From: Alphaproteobacteria bacterium
Lineage (GTDB): Bacteria > Pseudomonadota > Alphaproteobacteria > Rs-D84 > SZUA-605
Direction of reading: 5' to 3'
DNA: 64,000 nt
Assembly (NCBI GenBank): GCA_031549385.1
Contig: JAVBPW010000005.1
Span: forward strand, 1-64,000
In this document: piece after piece, positions 1 to 9,569 of the stretch
Layout: each line of letters opens with the position of its first letter
How positions within the stretch are numbered: the first letter of the stretch is position 1
Notes under the pieces: generated by a model
The model's input: the letters and a program-made list of their open reading frames with translations, nothing else
What the model was told of the DNA's origin: nothing
The model's database searches: none
Program-made: the position numbers and the translations under genes

Positions 1-2473
1 GGTAGAAGAAATCCATGGTGGAACAATAACCACAATGAACTTTGGTATTGTTAATAACGTAACAGATGGAGTATTTGGAACAATCAATGGTGGAGATATA
101 ACAAACTTCAATAGTGGAACAATAGATACTCTAGCAGGTGGTGTAATTGATAATTTGATTTCTGGAACTATTACAAATTGGTATACAGGAACACTTGATT
201 TTTCACAAGCTGATGGAGTTACTATTGAAAATATGTATGGAACAACTCACTTAGATTTAGTTGATGGTACAGATTTGATAGTCAAAAATATGTGGGAAAA
301 TTCTACTGTTGGTGAAATTACAGATGGAACATTGGTTTCTTTGAATGATGATGCAACTATTACAACATTATCAGGTGGATCAATTACAACTGTTAATAGT
401 GGAAATATTACAACATGGTCAGCTGGAACATTAGGTGGAATTGCTAAAGTTAATATTGGAACAATGACAGGAAGTACTTCTTTAAATACTGTTGATGGAA
501 CAAATATAGTTGTTTCAAATATGGCTGGAAATTCTTTAGTTACTTCTGTTACAGGTGGAACAATTAATACTATGAATGATACTGCAACAATTGGAACATT
601 TTCTGTTGGAACAATTAATACTATGAATAATGGAACTATTACTACTATGACAAGTGGAACTATTACAAATATTTATAGTGGTGTTATTACAGTTATGAAT
701 AGCGGAACAATTGGAACAGTTCATACTGCTCTTGCCCTTGGAACAATGAATAACGGAACCATTACAAATTATTTAGGTGGAACAATTGGAACAATGAATA
801 ATGGAACAATTGATAACTTAGGAATGGGTGCATATGTTACAACTATGAATGGTGGTAATGTGTTGTCTATGACAGGAACAAGTTCTGACTCTTCTTATAT
901 TGATACTGTTTATAATGGAAAGATTGGTTCTATGAATTCATATGCTTATATTAACTCTATTCATAATGCAACAATATATGGTGCAGTTGAAAATGGACAA
1001 GATTTATATGTTGAAAATGGTGGAACATTAGAACTTAATCCTAATGCAGATCCTTTATTTGACAGAATTGTAAATACTGGAACAAGTGCTAATGTAAATA
1101 TTCATGAAGGATATGATTTTGGAACTAATTCAGCAATTAATATGGGAGATAATGGAATAATTCATACATATTATGATGCAGAATTAAATAGAGCTACTTT
1201 TGGAAATGATGGATTGTTTATAATTGGTTCAGAACTTGCTGGTACATATTCTACAGTTACCCTTGCTAACTTTGGAGCAACAGGTCCAGTTACATTTGAA
1301 TTTGGTGTTAACTATTCTGATCCATTTAATTCAAGATTAATTGTTAATAATGTTGATAGTGGATCTGAATTAAATCACTTGGTTGCTGTTGGTGCTCAAG
1401 TTGGTGGAGATAGCTACAGAAGTCCAATCCAATTGATTACTGATAATACTTCTACATTAAGTTTTAGTTTAGCAAATGGTGATGTTGTTGGATTAGGAGC
1501 TAGAAATTATGCATTGAAAGGAACTGGTGGAGTTTGGTCATTAGTACTTGATGAAGAAGCTGGACTTTCTGATGGAGCTAATACTATTGCATCAATTGCT
1601 ACAGCTAACTTAACATCTTCAATTACACTTCAAAATGCACTACATAAAAGATTGGGTGATGTTAGATCTTTTGGAAAAGCAGGAACAGGAGTTTGGACAA
1701 GAGTTTATACTAACCAAACAGAATTTGAAGATATTGTTCCAGTTAAAGTTAATAATGTTGGATTTGAAGCTGGTATGGATCAAGAATTATTTAAAAATAA
1801 ATCTATGAGATTTATTATTGGAGCTGGATTTGGTGTTAATATGGCTACAATAGATATTGATACAAAAGAATCTCAAAATTCTGGTGGAGATACAACAATG
1901 CCTTACTTCAACTTGTATGGAACACTAACATTTAAAAGTGGTTTATATATCGATGTTATTGGAAGATATATCAGCAATAGCACAGATGCATATTACTATG
2001 ATGGTGCAAATATGAAACAAGGATGGGAAGTGCGTAATTCTATGATGAATGCAAGTGTTGAACTTGGGTATCAATTTAAACCTACAAAGACTTTGTTAAT
2101 TGAACCTCGTGCTGAATTCTCATATACACAAATGGGTGCTGCAAGTTTTGTTGATGATGCGGGATATGCCGGAAAATATAGTGATACTACATCAATGATT
2201 GGAACATTTGGATTTATTGCAAGATACAATGCGTATGTATTGCAACCTTATTTGAAGATGAGTTATATCCAAGAACTTGATGGTGAAACATCTATTGAAT
2301 ATGATGGTGTAAACTTTAAAACAGGAATACCAGGAGGTCGTGGTGAGGTTGGATTAGGATTTAATACTATGACAAAGAGCCCGCTTAAATTCTATGGTGA
2401 AGTTATTTACCAAACTGGAGCTCACTCTTACCAAGATATTGGTGCTAACTTAGGGTTACGAGTAACATTCTAA
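1..2473 (+). CDS. Autotransporter (type Va), 5'-truncated by window; repetitive Gly/Thr/Asn passenger and C-terminal beta-barrel
   Basis: Frame is open from position 2. 8-residue GTIxTMNx repeats, linker LHKRLGDVR, GVWTRVY, amphipathic strands and terminal LRVTF. Confidence 0.9.
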   Translation, partial: VEEIHGGTITTMNFGIVNNVTDGVFGTINGGDITNFNSGTIDTLAGGVIDNLISGTITNWYTGTLDFSQADGVTIENMYGTTHLDLVDGTDLIVKNMWENSTVGEITDGTLVSLNDDATITTLSGGSITTVNSGNITTWSAGTLGGIAKVNIGTMTGSTSLNTVDGTNIVVSNMAGNSLVTSVTGGTINTMNDTATIGTFSVGTINTMNNGTITTMTSGTITNIYSGVITVMNSGTIGTVHTALALGTMNNGTITNYLGGTIGTMNNGTIDNLGMGAYVTTMNGGNVLSMTGTSSDSSYIDTVYNGKIGSMNSYAYINSIHNATIYGAVENGQDLYVENGGTLELNPNADPLFDRIVNTGTSANVNIHEGYDFGTNSAINMGDNGIIHTYYDAELNRATFGNDGLFIIGSELAGTYSTVTLANFGATGPVTFEFGVNYSDPFNSRLIVNNVDSGSELNHLVAVGAQVGGDSYRSPIQLITDNTSTLSFSLANGDVVGLGARNYALKGTGGVWSLVLDEEAGLSDGANTIASIATANLTSSITLQNALHKRLGDVRSFGKAGTGVWTRVYTNQTEFEDIVPVKVNNVGFEAGMDQELFKNKSMRFIIGAGFGVNMATIDIDTKESQNSGGDTTMPYFNLYGTLTFKSGLYIDVIGRYISNSTDAYYYDGANMKQGWEVRNSMMNASVELGYQFKPTKTLLIEPRAEFSYTQMGAASFVDDAGYAGKYSDTTSMIGTFGFIARYNAYVLQPYLKMSYIQELDGETSIEYDGVNFKTGIPGGRGEVGLGFNTMTKSPLKFYGEVIYQTGAHSYQDIGANLGLRVTF

Positions 2474-2477
2474 AATC

Positions 2478-2497
2478 AGCCCTGAAAGGGGCTTTTT
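2478..2497 (+). terminator. Intrinsic terminator
   Basis: AGCCC-TGAAAG-GGGCT hairpin followed by a T-run. Confidence 0.75.
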
Positions 2498-2559
2498 ATT
2501 TATTGATTTATGAAAATACTCCTTTATAATTATCTGAATTAAAGTAGAGGAATATTAAT

Positions 2560-5475
2560 ATGCAGAAAAATCTTTTTTTATTTATTTTAGTTGTTTTAGT
2601 AATTGTAGTTGTTTGCTTGTTTGTTTGCAAAAAGCCATCATTTAAAGTTGGACAAGTAATCGATGGTTTTAAAATTGTTGATAGGGAAATTATTTATAAT
2701 AATAGTAGAAAAGATACAGTTTTAACTTTTAGACATGAAAAAACTCAAGCTCTTGTTACCTATTTATTAAATGACGATATTCATAGATTTTTTAGCATTT
2801 CTTTTAATGCGCCTACTTATAATAAAACTGGAGTTGCTCATATTATTGAACATAGTGTTTTGTCTTCTTCAAAAAAATATAAAGATAATGACTTATTCTT
2901 TAATTTGATGAAGAAAACACCTGCTACTTTTTTAAATGCTGCTACAGCTGAAGGTCAAATTTATTATTATTTTCAAACTATTAATAATAAAGATTTTATG
3001 AATTTAATGGATATTTATTTAGATGCTTCATTGTCACCTGAACTTTCTGAAAGAACTTTTAATAAAGAAGCTTGGAGATTGTCACTCGATAAAAATGATA
3101 ATCTTATTTATAATGGGGTTGTTTATAATGAAATGAAAGATGCTTATTCCAGACCAGATTATTATACTTATTTTTCTGGATTGAAGCCTTTATTCCCAGA
3201 ACTTGAATTTGAAAGTGGTGGAGATCCTCGATATATCACTGATTTAACTTATAAAGATTTTTTAGATTTTTATAAAAATACTCATAACCCTTCTAATTCA
3301 TTTACCTTTGTTTATGGAAAGGCTGATTTGAAAAAAGAATTGAGATATTTAGATTCTGTATTTAATCAATTTGAAAAAAAGGAACCTATTAAATTAGATT
3401 ATTCTGGAAAAGAATTACAACAAAAACAAAAGAATATAACTTCATATCCAGCTGACAAAGATGAAAAATCTTCTTATATGGTTTTTTCATATATAGTAGG
3501 GGATATTAAAGATGTAGTTCTAAGTAAAAAAGTGGAAGCTTTGAAGTTTTTACTTACAGGATATGATGATGCTTTGTTTAAAAAAGTATTTTTGGAAAAT
3601 AAATTAGCAACTGATGTTGATGTTGAACTTGCTCATGCTAAAGATAAAATTGCTGTGTTTATAGTTTTTGAAGGTGTGAAGCGTGATAATGAAGCTAAAG
3701 TTGAAATGGCTTTAAAAGAAGTTTTAAATAAATTAGCCAAGAATGGATTTGGCGAAGATGCTGAAATGGCTGCTAAATCTTTGCAAGAATTTTCTATTAA
3801 AAGTGAGAATAGATTTGAATTCAGAGATAGTATTTTTGAGATTTATGCTACATATTTGTTTGGTGGAGATTATAAGCAATACCTTAGAAAACAAGCGTTT
3901 TATGATGATTTTATAAATAGTGTTTCTGATAAGAATGTTTGGAGAAATTTTGTAAGAGAAGCATTTATTGATAATGAAAAACAAGTTGAATCTATTGTTC
4001 GTCCTGATGCAAAATTGTTTGATAATTATGAAAAGGATTTAAAGAAAAAATTAACAGATATAAGAAAAAAAATGTCAGATAAACAATTTGCTAAACTTAA
4101 AAAAGATAATGAAAAGTTTATAAAAGAAGATGCAATTGTTAAGGAAGCTGATTTCCCTATTTTGTCTATTAAAGACTGGAATGATGATGGTTTGCTTATA
4201 AAAACAGATGAAGTTTCTTTTGATGGGGGAAAAATCCTTTATCAAAATATTCCAAGCAATGGGCTTGTTCAAATGATATTTGCTTTTGATATGAATTTGA
4301 TTGAACAAGATAAATTACCTGCTGTTGGTGTTTATAAGATGCTCTCAGACAAAATGGGTTTGAAAGATAAGAGTAATGAAGAGTTTATATTAGAACAATA
4401 TCAAAAACTTGGAAAAGAAATAGATTCTGAAGTTTTTGTATCGCCTAATTCAAGAGATGACGATATTGCTTTAAGATATATGGTTGCTGTTCAATCTTTT
4501 GACAGAAGTGTTAGTGATGCCTTTGGCTTATTAAATGACTATCTTTTTAAACTTGATTATAAAGATGAAAAGAAGATAAAAGACATTATTTCAAGAGAAG
4601 TTCAAAAATATGAAATTGAATATAGACAAAATGGTCTTCCTATATTTACAGAATATTCTAATGAATCTATTTTAAGAAATTGGGTTGATGGATATAATTA
4701 TTATCTGTATTTGAAAGATTTGTTAAATAATTGGAATGTTGGATATAAAAAATTATTGAAGGATTTTGAATATTTAAGAGCTCATTTGTTTGTTAGAAAT
4801 AATTTATTGGTTGATTATGTTGGACCTGAAAAATATCTTGGAGATTTAAAAGGTTTTGTTGGAAAATTACAAGAAGGGGAAGTTAAACTGCCTGTTTATA
4901 AGTTTGATGTTAAGAAAATTGATGAAGCTAGAATTATTCCTTCACGTAATTATAAGAATTATTTGAGATGCAAATTGAATGTGAAAGAAAGCTGGGTATT
5001 TAAATTTTTACCTTCTTTTGTAACTTATAATTATTTATATCCTGAAATCAGAATTAAGGGTGGAGCTTATGGAAGTAAGATTAATATTAATCCTAATGGA
5101 GAAGTGTTGTTTTATAGCTATGCTGATCCTAATGTATCTAATACTTTTGAAGTTTATAAAAAAACAGATGAGTTTTTAAAAGGATTTACTATGAAAAAAA
5201 CTGATTTTGAAGGAGTTAAAATTAAATCGTTGATTTCTTATCTTTATCCTAAGACTGCTTTTGAAAAAGGTGCAGAATCATTGAAAAATTATCTTATAAA
5301 ACGTAGTAATTATGATATTAGACAAGAATATAAAACTATTAAAAAGCTTGATGTTAATGATATTAGAAATTTAGATATTGTGTTTAGAAACTGCGCTACT
5401 GATTCAACTATTGCTACAGTTGGTGCAAAAGAAGGAATTAATTCCAATAAAGATTTATATGATGAAATTAAATAA
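2560..5475 (+). CDS. M16C (PreP/presequence protease-like) zinc metallopeptidase with N-terminal signal anchor
   Basis: GVAHIIEHSVL (HXXEH), FLNA, GVVYNEMK, SGGDP and EIRIKGGAYG motifs; hydrophobic N-terminus. Confidence 0.88.
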   Translation: MQKNLFLFILVVLVIVVVCLFVCKKPSFKVGQVIDGFKIVDREIIYNNSRKDTVLTFRHEKTQALVTYLLNDDIHRFFSISFNAPTYNKTGVAHIIEHSVLSSSKKYKDNDLFFNLMKKTPATFLNAATAEGQIYYYFQTINNKDFMNLMDIYLDASLSPELSERTFNKEAWRLSLDKNDNLIYNGVVYNEMKDAYSRPDYYTYFSGLKPLFPELEFESGGDPRYITDLTYKDFLDFYKNTHNPSNSFTFVYGKADLKKELRYLDSVFNQFEKKEPIKLDYSGKELQQKQKNITSYPADKDEKSSYMVFSYIVGDIKDVVLSKKVEALKFLLTGYDDALFKKVFLENKLATDVDVELAHAKDKIAVFIVFEGVKRDNEAKVEMALKEVLNKLAKNGFGEDAEMAAKSLQEFSIKSENRFEFRDSIFEIYATYLFGGDYKQYLRKQAFYDDFINSVSDKNVWRNFVREAFIDNEKQVESIVRPDAKLFDNYEKDLKKKLTDIRKKMSDKQFAKLKKDNEKFIKEDAIVKEADFPILSIKDWNDDGLLIKTDEVSFDGGKILYQNIPSNGLVQMIFAFDMNLIEQDKLPAVGVYKMLSDKMGLKDKSNEEFILEQYQKLGKEIDSEVFVSPNSRDDDIALRYMVAVQSFDRSVSDAFGLLNDYLFKLDYKDEKKIKDIISREVQKYEIEYRQNGLPIFTEYSNESILRNWVDGYNYYLYLKDLLNNWNVGYKKLLKDFEYLRAHLFVRNNLLVDYVGPEKYLGDLKGFVGKLQEGEVKLPVYKFDVKKIDEARIIPSRNYKNYLRCKLNVKESWVFKFLPSFVTYNYLYPEIRIKGGAYGSKININPNGEVLFYSYADPNVSNTFEVYKKTDEFLKGFTMKKTDFEGVKIKSLISYLYPKTAFEKGAESLKNYLIKRSNYDIRQEYKTIKKLDVNDIRNLDIVFRNCATDSTIATVGAKEGINSNKDLYDEIK

Positions 5476-5530
5476 ATGCTTGATTTTTAAAAAATAAATT
5501 TTACAATTCAAATATAAATAGGAGAAAATA

Positions 5531-6193
5531 ATGGCTATCAAAAAAAATACAAAAAAAGTGGCACCTAAAAAGAGTGTTGCTAAAACTTTGCCTGTTAAAA
5601 AACAGGTTGAAAAAAAAGCAGTAAAAGTTTCAAAAAATAAATTAACAATTACTCCAGTTTCATATGAAGAAAAAGCTTATGCTGCTTACTTCGGTGATAA
5701 ATGGGCTTGGTATAAAAATGCTGATGAAAAATATACTACAAAGCGCGGAATTGTTTGGTCATGGTGGGCATTTTTCTTTTCTATATTCTATTTAATGGTT
5801 AGAAAGTTTTATTTTCCAGCATTTGCTATGCTTGTGTTATCTTTGTTATCTTACTTTAGTATAGCTTTTGTTAATCCTTATTCAAATTTAGTTTATAATT
5901 TATTATGGGCTATGTTTATGGCAGTTTCTCTTCCATATTTGGTTTTATCAAATTATAAAAGAACAAAAGAAAGAATCGAATTAACTGAAACAAATGAAAC
6001 AAAAAGATTAGAAGTATTGTCTAAGAAAGGTGGAAAGAATAAATTCTTTATCGTTTTTACGGTTACTTTACTTGTTTTATATGCCGTTTGGGTTGGATAT
6101 ATTGTATCTTCAGCAGTTTCATATTATAAATATATTCAAGAACAACAACTTAACAGTAGTGCTTTAGTACAAACAGATACTGATGTAGAATAA
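5531..6193 (+). CDS. DUF2628-like membrane protein with Lys-rich N-terminal tail
   Basis: WSWWAFFF...YLMVRKFY motif and three hydrophobic segments. Confidence 0.75.
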   Translation: MAIKKNTKKVAPKKSVAKTLPVKKQVEKKAVKVSKNKLTITPVSYEEKAYAAYFGDKWAWYKNADEKYTTKRGIVWSWWAFFFSIFYLMVRKFYFPAFAMLVLSLLSYFSIAFVNPYSNLVYNLLWAMFMAVSLPYLVLSNYKRTKERIELTETNETKRLEVLSKKGGKNKFFIVFTVTLLVLYAVWVGYIVSSAVSYYKYIQEQQLNSSALVQTDTDVE

Positions 6194-6211
6194 TCAAAGG
6201 GGGAATTTATT

Positions 6212-7042
6212 ATGGTTGCTAAAAAAAATACAAAAAAAATCGTGGCTAAAAAGCCAGTTAAAAAAGTTATGCCTGCTCAAAAGAAGGTAGCAAAAAAAGC
6301 TGCCCCAAAGAAAGTAGCTCCAGCGAAAAAAACAATTGTTAAAAAAGTTGCACCAGCAAAGAAAATGGTTGCTTCTGTTAAAGCTCCGGTTACTTCAAGT
6401 TCTTATGAAGATAAATCATATGTTGCTTATTTCGGAGAAAAGAAAGCTGCTTGGTATAAAAGAGCTAATGAAAAATATTCAAGAGGTGGAAAATTTACTC
6501 TTGTTTGGTCATGGTGGGCATTTTGTTTTCCTATCATTTATTTATTAGTTAGAAAATGTTATCTTTATGCTTTATTGTTAATACTTGTAATTACAGGAAT
6601 TATGAGCCTTACTGCTGGTAACGTTGGACTTGTAACTTTATTGTTATTGTCTTGCTTTACTGCTATTGTTTCTCCTTTCTTTGTATTACAAAGATTTAGA
6701 ACAGTTAAAGCTCGTGCTGAAATGCTTTTTAAAAATGAAACAGATAGACTAATTCTTTTATCATGTAGAGGTGGAAAAAATTATTTCTTCCTAATTCTCT
6801 CAGTATTAGTTTATGCATTTTTCTTTTCAACAGTGGCTTTTGTTATGAATTCATACTATACATTAATGACAAATCCTGAAAGATTAGAAAGATTTTTAAT
6901 CGAAAATCCAGAAGCTGCTTTTCTTTTTGAAAAACAAGTTGTAACTCAGGATGGAAAAGTGTTTATTATTGATGGGGCTGTTCATTCTGATGGTAACCAA
7001 CTTGAAGAAGAAATTATAGTCGAAGAACCTGTTGTAGAATAA
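6212..7042 (+). CDS. DUF2628-like membrane protein (tandem paralog) with histone-H1-like N-terminal tail
   Basis: WSWWAFCF...YLLVRKCY; KKVAPAKK repeats; SYE-K-Y-AYFG shared with upstream gene. Confidence 0.75.
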   Translation: MVAKKNTKKIVAKKPVKKVMPAQKKVAKKAAPKKVAPAKKTIVKKVAPAKKMVASVKAPVTSSSYEDKSYVAYFGEKKAAWYKRANEKYSRGGKFTLVWSWWAFCFPIIYLLVRKCYLYALLLILVITGIMSLTAGNVGLVTLLLLSCFTAIVSPFFVLQRFRTVKARAEMLFKNETDRLILLSCRGGKNYFFLILSVLVYAFFFSTVAFVMNSYYTLMTNPERLERFLIENPEAAFLFEKQVVTQDGKVFIIDGAVHSDGNQLEEEIIVEEPVVE

Positions 7043-7061
7043 TAAAAATTTTTGATAAATT

Positions 7062-7088
7062 AAACTCCCAAATTTTGGGAGTTTTTTT
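7062..7088 (+). terminator. Intrinsic terminator
   Basis: AAACTCCCAA/TTGGGAGTTT hairpin plus T-run. Confidence 0.75.
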
Positions 7089-7125
7089 GTTTTGATTTTT
7101 AGTTTTTGACTGCTATATTTAAGAT

Positions 7126-8433
7126 ATGAGTGATTTTTTTGACCTTATTGATGAAAAGAAGGAAAGTGCATATGAACCTCTTTCTTCTAAGCTTAGACCT
7201 AAAACTTTAGATGAAGTTTTGGGGCAAAATCATCTTTTGAAAGATACTGGAGTTATTGGGTCTTCTTTGAAAAATAAGAAAATTCCATCCCTTATATTTT
7301 GGGGACCTGCTGGGGTTGGAAAAACTACTATATCTTTATTATTAGCTGAGGCTATTGGGGCTGACTTTAGGCAGATATCTGCAGTTTTTGCAGGTGTTGC
7401 TGATATGAAAAAGATTTTTGAAGAAGCTAAATATCTTCGACAAAATGGAAAGCCTTTTATTCTTTTTGTAGATGAAATTCACAGGTTTAATAAAGCTCAA
7501 CAGGATTGTTTATTGCCTGTGGTTGAGCGAGGTGATGTTATTTTAATTGGAGCTACTACTGAAAATCCTTCTTTTGAACTTAATTCAGCGTTGCTTTCAA
7601 GATGCAGGGTTTGTGTACTTAATTCGTTAAAAAAAGAAGATCTTTATAACATAATTGAGCGAGCAGAAAAGTTTGTAGGCAAAAAGTTACTTATAGATGA
7701 AGAAGCAAAAGAAGCTTTGGTTTCTATGGTTGATGGAGATTGTCGTTATCTTATTAACATGCTTGAAACTCTTTTTGATTGTGCAGAAAAAACTTTGAAT
7801 ACTCAGGAAATGATGGATTTGATTACTCAAAGAGCTAGTATTTCTGACAAAACTGGAGATACACATTATAATTTAATTTCTGCTTTGCATAAATCACTTC
7901 GTGGAAGCGATGAAAATGCTGCACTTTATTGGGGTTTTAGAATGGTGGAAGCAGGGCAGGATATGAGCTATATTTTTAGGAGAATTTTAAGATTTGCTTC
8001 TGAAGATGTTGGGAATGCTGATCCACAAGCTGTTCCTCTTGTTTTGTCTTGTTGGCAATCTTATGACAGAATTGGAAGTCCAGAAGGGGATATTTTCTTG
8101 GCTCAATCTTTAGTTTATTTGGCTTTGGCGCCTAAATCTAATGCTACTTATGTGGCTCAAAATGTTGTTAAGGAATTTGTTAGAAAATATGGGTCGCTTA
8201 TGCCGCCTAAGAATATTCTTAATGCACCTACTACTTTAATGAAAAATTTAGACTATGGTAAGGGATACAATTATGACCATGATGTAGAAGGTGGTTTTTC
8301 TGGGGATAATTATTTTCCTGATGAAATAAAAAATAGACCCGTCTTTTATAATCCCGTTGAACGTGGGTTTGAAAGAGAGTTGAAGAAAAGAAAAGATTAT
8401 TTTGATAATATAAGAAAGTCTAAAAAAAAATAA
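7126..8433 (+). CDS. rarA: Replication-associated recombination protein A (AAA+)
   Basis: LRPKTLDEVLGQ, GPAGVGKTT, FVDEIHRFNKAQQD, GATTENPSF, ISALHKSLRGSD. Confidence 0.96.
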   Translation: MSDFFDLIDEKKESAYEPLSSKLRPKTLDEVLGQNHLLKDTGVIGSSLKNKKIPSLIFWGPAGVGKTTISLLLAEAIGADFRQISAVFAGVADMKKIFEEAKYLRQNGKPFILFVDEIHRFNKAQQDCLLPVVERGDVILIGATTENPSFELNSALLSRCRVCVLNSLKKEDLYNIIERAEKFVGKKLLIDEEAKEALVSMVDGDCRYLINMLETLFDCAEKTLNTQEMMDLITQRASISDKTGDTHYNLISALHKSLRGSDENAALYWGFRMVEAGQDMSYIFRRILRFASEDVGNADPQAVPLVLSCWQSYDRIGSPEGDIFLAQSLVYLALAPKSNATYVAQNVVKEFVRKYGSLMPPKNILNAPTTLMKNLDYGKGYNYDHDVEGGFSGDNYFPDEIKNRPVFYNPVERGFERELKKRKDYFDNIRKSKKK

Positions 8434-8471
8434 AATTTGACATTTGGTTTTTGTTTAGGTAGTTTAATCTT

Positions 8472-8668
8472 AGTTTTAAGGTTATATTTATTAGTTCTTT
8501 GACATGTGGGTCTGTAAATTGTTAAATACATAAACTGGTGATTTCACTGGTGGCGAAACGAGCCTCAACATTAGAATGGAGTCCCCTCTAGTAGCTTAAG
8601 ATGGTATTTAGCTGCAAAGTTTACAGGAAAACCAAAATTACTGGCTGCTCGAAAGAGTGGCCTTTTTT
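8472..8668 (+). ncRNA. Candidate structured non-coding RNA of unknown family
   Basis: Promoter TTGACA(8437)-N17-TAGTTT(8460); long closing helix 8512-8529/8604-8626 enclosing three small hairpins; terminator 8643-8668. Confidence 0.55.
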
Positions 8669-8748
8669 AATAAATTATGAAAATAATTGACAAAAGCTAA
8701 TTAATTTTTTAATGTTATTGATTATATCACCTTTAAAAATTAAACAAT

Positions 8749-8868
8749 ATGGAATGGATTGTTAGTGAACAAGCAGGATTAATAGTTGCTGCAGCTATTG
8801 GAGTAGTATTTTTGGCTATTTTGTTTTGGCGGGCTTGGGTTAAAAGTAAGCCTCATAAAACAAAATAA
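8749..8868 (+). CDS. 39-aa single-pass membrane peptide (not in ORF track)
   Basis: MEWIVSEQAGLIVAAAIGVVFLAILFWRAWVKSKPHKTK; own TTGACA at 8687 and terminator 8896-8922. Confidence 0.65.
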   Translation: MEWIVSEQAGLIVAAAIGVVFLAILFWRAWVKSKPHKTK

Positions 8869-9012
8869 ACAAAAAATACAGAATTTTTATATATTTAGCT
8901 CATCTTTTGATGGGCTATTTTTGTATTTTTAAAGATAAATGTTGACAAATTAATAGAAGTAAGCTATTTATTAGTGTAAGTATGAATTGTTAAATCTTAA
9001 AAAATTAAAAAT

Positions 9013-9549
9013 ATGAAAATCTGTTATATGGTTTATTATAAAGAACAGAAAATAATGATTTCTGTTGCTAAAGTACTGTTAGTAATTGGGCTGGTAGCAG
9101 TTTTCCCGCTGACGATATTTTACATTTTGGGAGGTGGCCGAATTCGGTTTGAATTTAATAAAATTAAACCAGCTAAAATGGACTGCGGAATTCTTGATGC
9201 AGAAAATGTGTATCAAGAGGAGTTGAAAAACGTTGAAATCGTTTCCTATGAACAGATTGATAATGACCATTATTATTTAATCTTAAAAAATGGAGATAAA
9301 ATAATAATGTGCATGAAACAAACTTTTAGGGTTAAGCCGGAAACAGTTATTGAGTATGTGAAGTATCAAAAACTTTTGAAGTGGGATATAAACTATGCCG
9401 AGTTTGCCGAGCAGAAAGTTTTAACTCAGATACTTTTGCATATTGAAATAGAAAAGTTTTCAACAGTTGAAAAAAAGAAAGTTGGAGGTAAAACTGTGGT
9501 TCGCCGCAAAACCTATGACAAAAAATATTTTAAACAGAGTGGCTCTTAG
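9013..9549 (+). CDS. Orphan protein with N-terminal TM segment (cassette)
   Basis: 178-aa ORF; TTGACA at 8942; stop codon lies in the loop of hairpin 9536-9561. Confidence 0.7.
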   Translation: MKICYMVYYKEQKIMISVAKVLLVIGLVAVFPLTIFYILGGGRIRFEFNKIKPAKMDCGILDAENVYQEELKNVEIVSYEQIDNDHYYLILKNGDKIIMCMKQTFRVKPETVIEYVKYQKLLKWDINYAEFAEQKVLTQILLHIEIEKFSTVEKKKVGGKTVVRRKTYDKKYFKQSGS

Positions 9550-9569
9550 CCACTCTTTTTTGTTTTAGA

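Noticed and set aside
8534-8590. Hammerhead-ribozyme-like words CTGGTGA ... GAAAC ... GTC inside the candidate ncRNA
   Set aside because: The core deviates from CUGANGA, stem II lacks a closing pair, and no stem I partner is present.
8472-8668. 6S RNA or tRNA assignment for the candidate ncRNA
   Set aside because: It is a multi-branch fold rather than a rod with a central bubble, and has no T-loop or CCA. A divergent 6S cannot be fully excluded without Infernal.
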